Assembly: GCA_963778115.1 (NCBI GenBank)
Contig: CAVZSV010000004.1
Location: forward strand, 2,688,001 to 2,752,000
Direction of reading: 5' to 3'
DNA from: an uncultured delta proteobacterium
GTDB lineage: Bacteria > Bdellovibrionota > FAC87 > UBA2466
Length of the DNA: 64,000 bases
Shown: piece by piece, positions 17,996 to 27,301 of the stretch
Layout of the letters: each line of letters starts with the position of its first letter
Numbering within the stretch: position 1 is the stretch's first letter
Notes under the pieces: generated by a model
Seen by the model: only the letters and a program-made list of their open reading frames with translations
Database searches by the model: none
What the model was told of the DNA's origin: nothing
Made by a program: the position numbers and the translations under genes

Positions 17996-18499
17996 ATGAA
18001 AGCAAAGGAAGTTAAGAATACGGTGGACTGGGATTTTATGAAGCCCGAGACCATCACGGTAAGTCCTAATGCTAGCGTGGGAGAAGCCATTGCAGTCATG
18101 GACAAATTTAGGATCCATCATCTTCTCGTGATGCAGGACGATAACTTTAAGGGCCTTATCGAAGGGCGAGATCTTATCTTCTTTGGAACCTATTCGCAGC
18201 AATCTTTGAATACGAAAAAGGTGTCCGAAGTCATGCGAACGAAAGTTCCCATGATTTACGAATCGACGGATGTGGGTGGCGTTCTGGAAATGATGATAAC
18301 CCACCATCTAACGGCGATTCCCATCGTGGGAAACGGCCGAATTGTAGGAATTCTAACCGAAACCGATTTGCTCAAACTCTTTCAGGCCATCCTGGGCAAG
18401 GGCACCGGTCTTCCTTTTCTAGTCAAAGAGGGAGAGGCTGTCTTAGCCAATCCGCTTGTTCAGAATGTCTTTCGGCTGTTGGGCAATATCGGCCTTTGA
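17996..18499 (+). CDS. CBS domain protein (paralog of 45298..45783)
   Basis: IHHLLV, VGILTETDLL; RBS AGGAG. Confidence 0.9.
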   Translation: MKAKEVKNTVDWDFMKPETITVSPNASVGEAIAVMDKFRIHHLLVMQDDNFKGLIEGRDLIFFGTYSQQSLNTKKVSEVMRTKVPMIYESTDVGGVLEMMITHHLTAIPIVGNGRIVGILTETDLLKLFQAILGKGTGLPFLVKEGEAVLANPLVQNVFRLLGNIGL

Positions 18500-18678
18500 A
18501 AAAAGTTTCCCCTTACCCGGCATAGAGGCTGGCTCTTCTGATACCCTCGAAGGCATTTTAAGTGTCTGATAATACGCAATTACTGAACGCGTTCACAGCG
18601 AGCTACGAAAATCCTTCTCGCGATGGCTTCGGAGAAGCCTTTCTAATGATATAATTTTACCTTCTCCCGGAGACCCCC

Positions 18679-20553
18679 ATGCACCGACTGACTATCTTCT
18701 TATGTCTTGGAGTCTTAATGCTGACAACTCAGATTCACAGTGCCGAAAAGCACGACGAAGGGACGTTGCTTCGAGATATTAGTGACGATTCGCAGATTAC
18801 TATCAACACTAGCGGATTTTCCTTACCCGAGTATAAAGGACACACCAGAGATGAAGTGGAGAGAATTGCGTTAAACTTCTTTTTCAATCAACTAAGTGAG
18901 CATCCCGAATTATGTCTAGTCGATCCTAGTTCTCAAAGTGGAGGCGTTGCTCGAATCACCCATTTCGTTGGAGCCGATTCCGGCAAGAAAATTAATCTCT
19001 CGGATTGCGTCATTCCAGACTTTGTAAAAAAGTTTTCACAGGGCTATCCCTTCGCCTGTGAAGGGATTAAGAAAACGACCCCAAAGACCTTTCGTTTGGA
19101 TTGGCTGGTTCACGAGCTGATGGAAAGATACAACGAATTGGATAATGTTCCCAAAAATCGAAGTGAGCTGAGAGATAAGTACGGAGTCGAAATCGAATAT
19201 CAAAAGAGCCCCGATCCGAAAGCCGTGATCGAAGAGAGCTTTGTAGCGCGAAAACGAAGAGCGATAGGAGCTTTGAAAAGAGACAATGGAAGTTTTGCGG
19301 GTCTAATCACTTGGGATTCCGATGCTGACGCGACGAAAGGAACTAAATATTCCTTTGCGCTTCATCCTACGGATACTCAGATGGATGCAGCCGAGATTTT
19401 TCTTCAAAAACCCAATGGTCTTCGCAAATACCTTTTACATGACTTTAACGGGGATAAACGTTTGGTGGTTGCGGCGGCGGGTGTCGCCGATTTTGTGGCG
19501 GGGCTGGCTCCCTCTCCCGTTCACACCGACGCTATTAGCATTAAAGCGCACGGAAAAAGTAACGGAGTCCGCAACAGCATCGATTGTTTAATCTGTCATA
19601 CTTCAGGAACGTTGTCGGAGACCTCCTCGAATTCCAATAAAGAAATTATCAATGAAGCTAAAGCGGCCGGGGTCTTTAGAGATCCCAAAATAGAGGCCTT
19701 AGCGAGGAAAATGTATGATGTCCCAGAGGGAAAAGAGGACGACGAATCATATGTCCCCGCGAAAGAGGTTTCCGACCTCGTCTCCGCCGAGAATAATACC
19801 TACAACGCCGCGCTCAAGAAGATGGGCGTTAAAGATGCGGATGCGCCGATACTTCCTGATATTCATGCCAACTTCTCGGAAAATCCCTCTCTTTTCAGAG
19901 CTGCCGAAGAGTTGGGATCGGTAAAGGAGGATTTCGTTGCACTGCTTAAGGAACTTCCCACACTGGCTCAATCGCTTGGGATTCGAAAGATGGATAAGCC
20001 CGACAAGGTGACTATCGATCGAGAGCTCTTCAACGAACGATTTTGCGAAATCGCTTTCTTATTGGAACAAGCTAAAGATCCGTTTGTGAAACGAACCTTA
20101 CGACTGTTGGAGGCACAAGCTTCCATAGAAAGACCCGAAATCAAGGCCGAACTGGATAAAGCCATAGCCGCCGAAAAGGAAAAACGTGGTGGCATTGGTT
20201 TGCTGGCAACGTACCATGCTATCGCGAAAAAACTAGATATCGACACTGAGCACGGCACTATTGGTCTAGCCGCCATTGGCGAAAAGATAAGAACCAAGCT
20301 GGGAATTCCCCCGCAGGAGAGGTTGGGTTTGGTGGATATTGCGGACCGGGTGGTCGAAAGAGAGGTCGAGCAGCAATTCTCGGAACGCTTAAAAGAAACT
20401 TTCGATAAAGGGGCTCAAGCCGGGATCGTCGCAAATCTCGATTCTGCTGAGGCCTTCCTCAAACGACACATTCCTGACTTTACCGCAAATCAAAATGCCA
20501 CGCTTTCGGACCGATTTCTAGCAGCAGAGCGAGAATTTGAGACTTTGAAATAG
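18679..20553 (+). CDS. Large exported protein with one CxxCH heme-binding motif
   Basis: Signal peptide; EIFLQKPNGL..Y.L; VRNSIDCLICH. Confidence 0.75.
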   Translation: MHRLTIFLCLGVLMLTTQIHSAEKHDEGTLLRDISDDSQITINTSGFSLPEYKGHTRDEVERIALNFFFNQLSEHPELCLVDPSSQSGGVARITHFVGADSGKKINLSDCVIPDFVKKFSQGYPFACEGIKKTTPKTFRLDWLVHELMERYNELDNVPKNRSELRDKYGVEIEYQKSPDPKAVIEESFVARKRRAIGALKRDNGSFAGLITWDSDADATKGTKYSFALHPTDTQMDAAEIFLQKPNGLRKYLLHDFNGDKRLVVAAAGVADFVAGLAPSPVHTDAISIKAHGKSNGVRNSIDCLICHTSGTLSETSSNSNKEIINEAKAAGVFRDPKIEALARKMYDVPEGKEDDESYVPAKEVSDLVSAENNTYNAALKKMGVKDADAPILPDIHANFSENPSLFRAAEELGSVKEDFVALLKELPTLAQSLGIRKMDKPDKVTIDRELFNERFCEIAFLLEQAKDPFVKRTLRLLEAQASIERPEIKAELDKAIAAEKEKRGGIGLLATYHAIAKKLDIDTEHGTIGLAAIGEKIRTKLGIPPQERLGLVDIADRVVEREVEQQFSERLKETFDKGAQAGIVANLDSAEAFLKRHIPDFTANQNATLSDRFLAAEREFETLK

Positions 20554-20611
20554 CGTAGACTTTCCCGTTGGAACGGGCTTAGCTATAGAAAGTTGGAGTC
20601 AGGGGATTTCC

Positions 20612-21781
20612 ATGCGTAGTCGTTTAGTAAGATTTCTTTTGATTCTTTCGATTCTATTGCTCTATACGGCTTGCGAAGCGTTTCAGCTTTTACCTGCCCA
20701 TCCGTATTTCGATGGTCTCTTTTCGTTGGTCTTTTTTGTAATCATGATTTCGGCTCCGTTTGTTTATCGGTCGAACCCTAAAGTATTCGAAGTTGTCTGG
20801 TTTCGTGTTTTGGCATGGAGCGGATCTTTAGCCATGGGGCTTTGGGCAACTTTTATTCTTATTTCTTTACCCTTTGATTTCGTTCATGCGGTGGTCTCTA
20901 CTTTCGATAAGCTCGTCAATGTTTCTCGCCTTACGTATGAAAAACAGAGTTTCCTTTACCGCGGTCTCTCCTTTTCTGTTCTGGGTCTTTCTGGCGGCAT
21001 GGCGGGGCTGGGCCTTTGGGAAGTTTTGCGGGGCCCTCGACTGAGAAAAGTTTCCGTCAGTGTTCCCCAATTGAATCACGGTCTAGAGGGACTTAAACTC
21101 CTCCAGATTAGCGATCTTCATGTGGGGCCTACTCTTCGTAAGGGCTACGTCGACGAAGTTGTTCGCCGCGCCAACGAAGCCGATGCCGATTTTATTTTTG
21201 TGACGGGTGACCTTGCGGACGCTAAAGCCTCTTCCATCGCAGATCACTTGGAACCTCTTAGGCATCTTCGCTCTAGGTATGGTGTCTTTTATGTGACGGG
21301 CAACCACGAATATTATTGGGACGTCAGTGGACTGATGGAGAAGGCTAAGGAGTTAGGGCTAACTCCACTTATCAACGAAAATCGGGTAATTTCAATTGCT
21401 GATGCTAAAGTTTTAATTGCGGGGGTTACTGATCCGATGGGGAGCGACTTTCTTGAAGGCCATGCTCCAGATACGAAGAAGGCTTTTCAGACCACTCAGA
21501 CGGACATTCAGTTTCGAATCTTGCTGGCTCACCGACCGGATGCCTGTGAACAAGCCGAAGGGCAGGGGTGTGACCTCCAACTTTCAGGTCATACGCACGC
21601 TGGCCAGTTTTTTCCATTTACGATGCTTATCGGACTTTTTCACAAATACAGCCGAGGCCTTTATCGGCACGGCCGCATGTGGATCTACGTGAATCCTGGA
21701 ACTGGCTACTGGGGACCCGCCAACCGGTTGGGAGTTGCTCCCGAAATTACCTTGCTCAGTCTTACCAACCAAATAATCTAG
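20612..21781 (+). CDS. Membrane-anchored metallophosphoesterase (YaeI/YkuE family)
   Basis: SDLH, GDLAD, GNHE, LAHRP, SGHTHAGQ; N-terminal TM helices. Confidence 0.92.
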   Translation: MRSRLVRFLLILSILLLYTACEAFQLLPAHPYFDGLFSLVFFVIMISAPFVYRSNPKVFEVVWFRVLAWSGSLAMGLWATFILISLPFDFVHAVVSTFDKLVNVSRLTYEKQSFLYRGLSFSVLGLSGGMAGLGLWEVLRGPRLRKVSVSVPQLNHGLEGLKLLQISDLHVGPTLRKGYVDEVVRRANEADADFIFVTGDLADAKASSIADHLEPLRHLRSRYGVFYVTGNHEYYWDVSGLMEKAKELGLTPLINENRVISIADAKVLIAGVTDPMGSDFLEGHAPDTKKAFQTTQTDIQFRILLAHRPDACEQAEGQGCDLQLSGHTHAGQFFPFTMLIGLFHKYSRGLYRHGRMWIYVNPGTGYWGPANRLGVAPEITLLSLTNQII

Positions 21782-22908
21782 CCTTCTCCCACCTTGTGCC
21801 TCCTTACCGAAACAAAAAGGTACGGCCTACCTTTCTGTTGACGTAGTCTTAGGAAGGGCCTTTCAACAAGAACGTGCAGTAGAAAAGCACAACAGAGAAC
21901 CGCGATGCCGAAGACGGGCAATCTAAGGGGAGAGTTTTCCATAAGACGATGGGAATCAAGAAGTCCCGTTACGAGATGTATCACCTGTTTGTGGGTTAAG
22001 TAGATGCAGTAGGCTAGGGCAGCGACTGTCGCCGAGCCTGGAATTTGCAAGTTAGCTAGAAGGGTTTGTGGCTGGGCCGCTGTTGCAACGAGGCACGCGA
22101 ATCCCAATGCCAGCAAGGGAAATCCGATGACGACGGTGCTTAACTTATAATGATCGTCAAACAGATGAAGGGCGAGGCCTACGATAACGCAGCCTACGAT
22201 CGCTAAAGCATTCGCCTGCTGTCCCATCTTTACCCATAGGTTGGGAACATAATGACGAACCAAAGCGATCGCTATTCCCAGGGTTAAACCATCTAAACGG
22301 GAATAGGTGGGATAATAGATCAATCTAAAATACTCTCGGTTAAGAGTGTCTGCGTTCAAGCCTCGGTGAAGCACCTCACTCCACACTAAAGCTCTAACTG
22401 CCATTCCAAATAGAATCACCACAGGGACGGCCATCCGAGGAGCGTTTTTTTTACTGCTCAACAAAAGGACCATCAGCGGGAAGGCCCAGTAAAACTGCTC
22501 TTCGATGCAAAGGGACCAGGCATGAGAAAAGCTGCTAAACGTGAGATTGAAGTTTTGGGTAAACGTTAGAAATTTCCACGGGGGGACGATCCAGTTTCCT
22601 TCTCTAAAATCAGGCCAAACTAAATAGATCCCAAGTACCACCCCATAGCAGGGAAGAATACGAAGGGCTCGCCGCCAATAGAATGATTTAAGGGAGATAT
22701 CACCGCGGAGTTTGAGCGAAGAGAATAATTGATTCGCGATGAGATAACCACTCAGTACGAAGAACAGGTCGACTCCACACCATCCATAATGACCGATAGT
22801 TTTAAGGACGGTTACTGTGGTCTTGGACTGAAAGTGAGAAAGGAAAACCGCGACAATCGCGATCGATCTCAATAGATCTAAGCCGGCTATTCTTTGAGAC
22901 TTTTCCAT
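21778..22908 (-). CDS. Acyltransferase family 3 (OafA/YrhL-like)
   Basis: GLDLLR, GVDLFFVLSGYLI, RRALRI, HAWSLCIEEQFY, VERPF. Confidence 0.92.
   Translation of the reverse strand: MEKSQRIAGLDLLRSIAIVAVFLSHFQSKTTVTVLKTIGHYGWCGVDLFFVLSGYLIANQLFSSLKLRGDISLKSFYWRRALRILPCYGVVLGIYLVWPDFREGNWIVPPWKFLTFTQNFNLTFSSFSHAWSLCIEEQFYWAFPLMVLLLSSKKNAPRMAVPVVILFGMAVRALVWSEVLHRGLNADTLNREYFRLIYYPTYSRLDGLTLGIAIALVRHYVPNLWVKMGQQANALAIVGCVIVGLALHLFDDHYKLSTVVIGFPLLALGFACLVATAAQPQTLLANLQIPGSATVAALAYCIYLTHKQVIHLVTGLLDSHRLMENSPLRLPVFGIAVLCCAFLLHVLVERPFLRLRQQKGRPYLFVSVRRHKVGEG
21811..21839. repeat. REP-like palindrome, copy A
   Basis: AACAAAAAGGTA-CGGCC-TACCTTTCTGTT. Confidence 0.7.
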
Positions 22909-22939
22909 GGCTGAAGTATCTATTCTATCGGACCCTTTT

Positions 22940-22966
22940 ACAGGAAGGTAGGCCGTACCTTTCTGT
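22940..22966. repeat. REP-like palindrome, copy B (loop inverted relative to A)
   Basis: ACAGGAAGGTA-GGCCG-TACCTTTCTGT. Confidence 0.7.
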
Positions 22967-22970
22967 TGGT

Positions 22971-23366
22971 TTACTGGGACATGGAAAGAAGGCAGCCCTG
23001 GGAATCACAAGTGGCCATGTTGCCGGGGTGGGGATGGCCGTCCGCCTTAGCTTCTTCGATTAACGTCAAATAGGCATCGATATTCACTTCACGAAAATTA
23101 AGGAAGCAGCCCATGGGCCTGTGCTTCGTTCGTTCGGGTGCGTCAAATTCAGGATCCGGTTGGCAGGTGACTCGGCAATGTCCCGGCTCGCATCGGAAAA
23201 TGAAATGTTCCGCATTCTGTCGTTGGTTTGAGGGAAGAGAATTTACATTGTTCTTCAGCCAGAGAAAGTCTTCTTTGGTAATCGGAATTTTATATTCCAT
23301 CTCGGCCGAAACTGGGCCTGAAAATAATGCGAAACCTAAACTCAAGACTAAGTATAGCGCCTTCAT
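22971..23366 (-). CDS. Small secreted Cys-rich protein
   Basis: Signal peptide; six Cys. Confidence 0.75.
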   Translation of the reverse strand: MKALYLVLSLGFALFSGPVSAEMEYKIPITKEDFLWLKNNVNSLPSNQRQNAEHFIFRCEPGHCRVTCQPDPEFDAPERTKHRPMGCFLNFREVNIDAYLTLIEEAKADGHPHPGNMATCDSQGCLLSMSQ

Positions 23367-23367
23367 C

Positions 23368-23673
23368 CTAGTCCTTATTTACCGCTGGCTTTTCAGAGTC
23401 TAGGTGTCCGCCTTGAATATTAGCCCCCTCTTCAACGTGAGGTTGAACTTGTGGTTGAACTTGAGGTTGATTCTGATCCGAAGGGACCGATTTAGGGGCT
23501 CTGTCCTCGGGTACTAAGTCTTGCTTGGGAACAGGCATACCGTCCCATTTAATCCCATTCTGAAAATCGGGTTGGGGCTTGTCGGGATTCGCCGGGGTGT
23601 CGTCTGCGATCGCAACCTGGGTTAGCAAGGCAAAAGAAAATAACCCCATCCAGATTTTGTTCCGCCAGTTCAT
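23368..23673 (-). CDS. Small secreted Pro/Gln-rich protein
   Basis: RBS GGAGG; signal peptide; QPQVQPQVQP. Confidence 0.75.
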   Translation of the reverse strand: MNWRNKIWMGLFSFALLTQVAIADDTPANPDKPQPDFQNGIKWDGMPVPKQDLVPEDRAPKSVPSDQNQPQVQPQVQPHVEEGANIQGGHLDSEKPAVNKD

Positions 23674-23757
23674 GCGTACCTCCAGGCCTTTTATGATGTT
23701 ATTATACTCCGATACGACCTAAGGCTAGCAACTTCGAAGAGGTTAGGATCTCGGGCT

Positions 23758-24216
23758 ATGAAAATACTCTTTCTTCTGCTCCTTCTTCTTAACCCTGCCG
23801 CTTTTGCGATAGGTCGTGGGTGCGATCCCCTACATCCACTACCCCCAGCGCTTCAATGCGGGAGAGCGGGCGACAATCCTACTTTTACCGAAGGAGTTGA
23901 TTGCTGGGTTGAGATTTGTGCCGCGACGTTAAAGCACTATTCTGAATCGGGCATGGTGCTAACCACAAAGGACGGCAAACCGATACCAGGCACAGTGGCA
24001 AAGACGGATTGGGTACTGCGCTTCACTCCCCGAAGACCGCTTGATCGCGACACCGATTATGTTCTTCAAATAAACCCAGAGAGGATTCGAAGTTCTTCCG
24101 GTGAGACCCTCTCGGTTACCAACGGGTTAAAGAAAGGGAAGGCCTTTCAGTTCTGCTTCCGGGGAGGGGAATCTCCGGAGAACAGAAACGCTTCCAAAAA
24201 ATCTGGGTGCGAGTGA
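23758..24216 (+). CDS. Secreted Ig-like (Big_5-type) domain protein
   Basis: IPGTV...LRFTPRRPL..DTDYVLQI....IRS..GE.L. Confidence 0.7.
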   Translation: MKILFLLLLLLNPAAFAIGRGCDPLHPLPPALQCGRAGDNPTFTEGVDCWVEICAATLKHYSESGMVLTTKDGKPIPGTVAKTDWVLRFTPRRPLDRDTDYVLQINPERIRSSSGETLSVTNGLKKGKAFQFCFRGGESPENRNASKKSGCE

Positions 24217-24320
24217 CTCGTCGTTTCATTTATTAAAGCTGGTTACCTTTGGACACCAGAGGGGTCACTTTGTTTCCGATGACGTAATCGGTCATCATTT
24301 CTTTTCAGCCCAATTGTCGG

Positions 24321-24336
24321 TGGCACTCCAGTTGCA
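24321..24336 (+). promoter_or_regulatory. sigma54 promoter
   Basis: TGGCACTCCAGTTGCA. Confidence 0.82.
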
Positions 24337-24392
24337 TTACTTCTCAACCGGGGAAGCCTTCATATTTTTTTCATACCATCGACGGGGGAAAA

Positions 24393-25838
24393 ATGGGTCA
24401 CAAAAGTATTCTTATACTTTCTTCGCTTTTCCTTGTGGTGCTTGCTGCCAATGGCTACGCGGAAAATGGGGTGAATGGGGTTAGCGGAAGTCCCGTCACG
24501 ATTATCGCGAACAATACTCCTCAGAGTTTTAAATCGACCGGGGGTGTCGGGGGAAATGGTTATCCTGGCGGCAACGGTGACGGGGGCTCGTGTGTGGCTA
24601 CCGGTGGAGATGGAAACGTTAGCGAACCCTCAGGACAAGATGGGGGAGACGGCGGTGCTGGTGGAGCGGGAGGAAATGGGGGTGATATTACCGTCTATTT
24701 TACCGATCTCGCGCAGATCTCAAATCTCACCGTGATCGATACTCCTGGACCGGGTGGTTACGGCGGGGCTGGGGGCTACGGCGGTTCGGGTTGCCAGTGC
24801 GGTATTTACTCTTGGCCTAGCAGCGATGGTTCGACGACCTATTATTGTACTGACGGAAGCGACGGTTCCAATGGCAGCACCGGTCCGAACGGCCCTACCG
24901 GTAACTATGGAAACATCTATCTGGTGAATGGAGATGGCAGCACTCCAGTGAAGCCTTCGATCCCTTCGGTTTACCTCGACATGGCAAAAATGTCGGAAGG
25001 TCCGATTACCCTTTCTCAAAACGTATGGGCGCAGAATAACGGAGCCAAGGCTCTTTTCAGCGCTGGTTCCGATATTTCCGATAACTACTATTTTTATGAA
25101 GGTCGAATCGAGACGACGGTCACCTTCAAGTGGCAAGCGAGCCGCCCCGTCACAGATTTTGCGGGCTCTCAAATGTTAGTGGCTCTGAAGGGTAACGATA
25201 TTGAGGTGACATTTCCTCAAGGGCTTGAAGTCCAAAGCCAAGTCACCACCGACGGAAGCAGTACCACTTACACTATTTCAGACGCGGTGATGGCTAATCA
25301 AGTAGCGAATCTTGCATTGGGCACCGTTACCGGAAATGGAACCGCACTTTCGGTTCACGTTACGGACAATGCCCAGGTCTCCGACGAAGTGCAGAGTACC
25401 GTGGCTCTCACCTATTACGTTTATGAAAACGGCGGCTATACCATTCAGTTTCAAGGCGCGATACCGGCTTCTGCCTTAACCGTGACCGCAGCTGGATTTG
25501 ATGTCGCCATAGGAACATTGGGGATCAACGCGAGTTATCTGGCTCCGGGCCTTAATATCTACATTGCGTTGGATATTACTCGAACCATAGGCACCGACTC
25601 ACAAAAAGTCTCACTGGCCAATTACTTCACGACGGCACCGTTTGCGGTGGGTTCAGTCTTACAAGTGATTGCGGACGCTAATCTCTATAGCGGAACTACC
25701 GTGGTCGGGAGCGTAAAAAAAGGAGACCAATACAAACTGGTTACCACTCAAGGTCAGTGGGCATCTTTACAAACCTTAGACGGTACGGCCGTTAAGGGAT
25801 GGCTCCAAATTAGCGATCTAGAACTTCCACCATCGTAG
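24393..25838 (+). CDS. Secreted Gly-rich (collagen-like) protein with C-terminal SH3b-like domain
   Basis: GxxGxxG runs; C-terminal DANLYSG...W...GWLQISDL. Confidence 0.8.
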   Translation: MGHKSILILSSLFLVVLAANGYAENGVNGVSGSPVTIIANNTPQSFKSTGGVGGNGYPGGNGDGGSCVATGGDGNVSEPSGQDGGDGGAGGAGGNGGDITVYFTDLAQISNLTVIDTPGPGGYGGAGGYGGSGCQCGIYSWPSSDGSTTYYCTDGSDGSNGSTGPNGPTGNYGNIYLVNGDGSTPVKPSIPSVYLDMAKMSEGPITLSQNVWAQNNGAKALFSAGSDISDNYYFYEGRIETTVTFKWQASRPVTDFAGSQMLVALKGNDIEVTFPQGLEVQSQVTTDGSSTTYTISDAVMANQVANLALGTVTGNGTALSVHVTDNAQVSDEVQSTVALTYYVYENGGYTIQFQGAIPASALTVTAAGFDVAIGTLGINASYLAPGLNIYIALDITRTIGTDSQKVSLANYFTTAPFAVGSVLQVIADANLYSGTTVVGSVKKGDQYKLVTTQGQWASLQTLDGTAVKGWLQISDLELPPS

Positions 25839-25884
25839 GAAATTCTTCAAACGCTAAAAAAAAGAATCAGGGAAGGGGGAGGTC

Positions 25885-26409
25885 ATGAGGTTGGTCACTC
25901 TAGCCATAGGGCTTGTGCTTGGTGGATTCGCTTGGGGGGCTCAGCAAGCTACTGATACCGTCGTCTGGACCCAAAATTTCATTACGTGGGGACAAGGAGT
26001 CACCACAGACGATGCCGCTAGCGACGCAACCGCTCAAACCCTTCCCTTGATTAATAATTTAAGGCTCACGTGCGATACTAGCAAAGGGATCGTATCGGTC
26101 CAAGCGGCCTTCGGCTATTGCGCTCCGGATAACGATCCCATGTTCTGCGAAGACGGCTGTTACACCTGTCCGGATTATGTAACGGCGGTTTGTGAAATAG
26201 ATACCTCCGGTACGATTCAGTCTGGTTCTCTGGTAGTCGCTACGGCCGATGCCAACCTCTATAGCGGCAATCAGCAGGTTGGGAAAGTAACGGGTGGAAC
26301 CCAGTTTCATGTTACCCAGATCGATGGCTCTTGGGTGTCACTCGTTGCGATGGATGGGAGCGCTCAGCCCGGATGGATTCAACTCAGTGACCTAAAGTTG
26401 GTGAATTGA
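25885..26409 (+). CDS. Secreted Cys-rich protein with the same C-terminal SH3b-like domain
   Basis: DANLYSG...W...GWIQLSDL; RBS GGAGG. Confidence 0.8.
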   Translation: MRLVTLAIGLVLGGFAWGAQQATDTVVWTQNFITWGQGVTTDDAASDATAQTLPLINNLRLTCDTSKGIVSVQAAFGYCAPDNDPMFCEDGCYTCPDYVTAVCEIDTSGTIQSGSLVVATADANLYSGNQQVGKVTGGTQFHVTQIDGSWVSLVAMDGSAQPGWIQLSDLKLVN

Positions 26410-26419
26410 CTTTGCCACC

Positions 26420-27301
26420 TTAGTGCGAAAGCGAATCCAAGATAGATTTCAGCTCGTCTTTTTCGAGAGTTCCTTGCGGAATGATAGCGGCGATATCGCT
26501 TGCGGGAATTCCTTCCGGACCGTAATGAAGGTAAGCTTCACCTTGACCCGAGTTGGCTTCAACGGGAATGCTTATCGCATGAGTTCCCGCGTTCTGATTC
26601 AGAATTAGGACGTAACCTCTAAGATCTTTTACCTTCGCAGCCGTAGCAGCCCATTGCGCATCAGTCAGTTCTTTAATCTGCTTCAGATGTTGGGCATTAC
26701 GCTGGTTGTTTGCGGTCATCACTGCTTTGTGTTCGGGAAGAACGAAATCGTTTAGTGAAATTCCAAAAATCGAAACTAGCTCCGCTACCCTGTCGTTAAA
26801 TCCATGAAAGAGGTACATATCAAGATAGATTGAAAAGGTCTTTTGAAGAAGTTCATTTCTAATTCCAAGAATTTCCAGAAAAGCTTCAGCACGCGCCAGG
26901 TCGCCCGCTACCATTTTTGCGTCTCGGTATAGTTCTTCGATGGTTCGGGGCATCGTTGCCTGGTCTTGATTGGCATAGGAATAGACTAAGAACTCCCTGA
27001 AGGTTTCAAAGTTGTAATGGCAGGGGCCTGTAAATAAACCCGTGTGAGCTAGTTCCACGATGTGGTCGGTCGTTGTGTAATAAAACGCGTAGTAGTTAGA
27101 ACTTAAGAACGTTGAGGTTTGATTGGTACCGGCGAAATGGTTTCCGTGTCTTATCCACCCCTCAAAAGTGGATTTGGAAACCGGGAATTTTCGAGTACAT
27201 GCCGCTGTGACGACATTCACCGCATCCTGATCGAAAGCAAAGATAGAGGGCGAAACCAATAGTCCCGCCAATAAAGAAAACAATGTTATACGCTTACGCA
27301 C
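26420..27301 (-). CDS. Secreted hypothetical protein, possible ADP-ribosyltransferase fold
   Basis: Signal peptide; RHG / TFLSS / GYVLIL / GE...GIPASDI motif order. Confidence 0.7.
   Translation of the reverse strand: MRKRITLFSLLAGLLVSPSIFAFDQDAVNVVTAACTRKFPVSKSTFEGWIRHGNHFAGTNQTSTFLSSNYYAFYYTTTDHIVELAHTGLFTGPCHYNFETFREFLVYSYANQDQATMPRTIEELYRDAKMVAGDLARAEAFLEILGIRNELLQKTFSIYLDMYLFHGFNDRVAELVSIFGISLNDFVLPEHKAVMTANNQRNAQHLKQIKELTDAQWAATAAKVKDLRGYVLILNQNAGTHAISIPVEANSGQGEAYLHYGPEGIPASDIAAIIPQGTLEKDELKSILDSLSH

Noticed and set aside
20569..20584. TGGAACGGGCTTAGCT as a sigma54 promoter for the phosphoesterase
   Set aside because: Spacing is correct but -12 is AGC rather than TGC; too weak to call.
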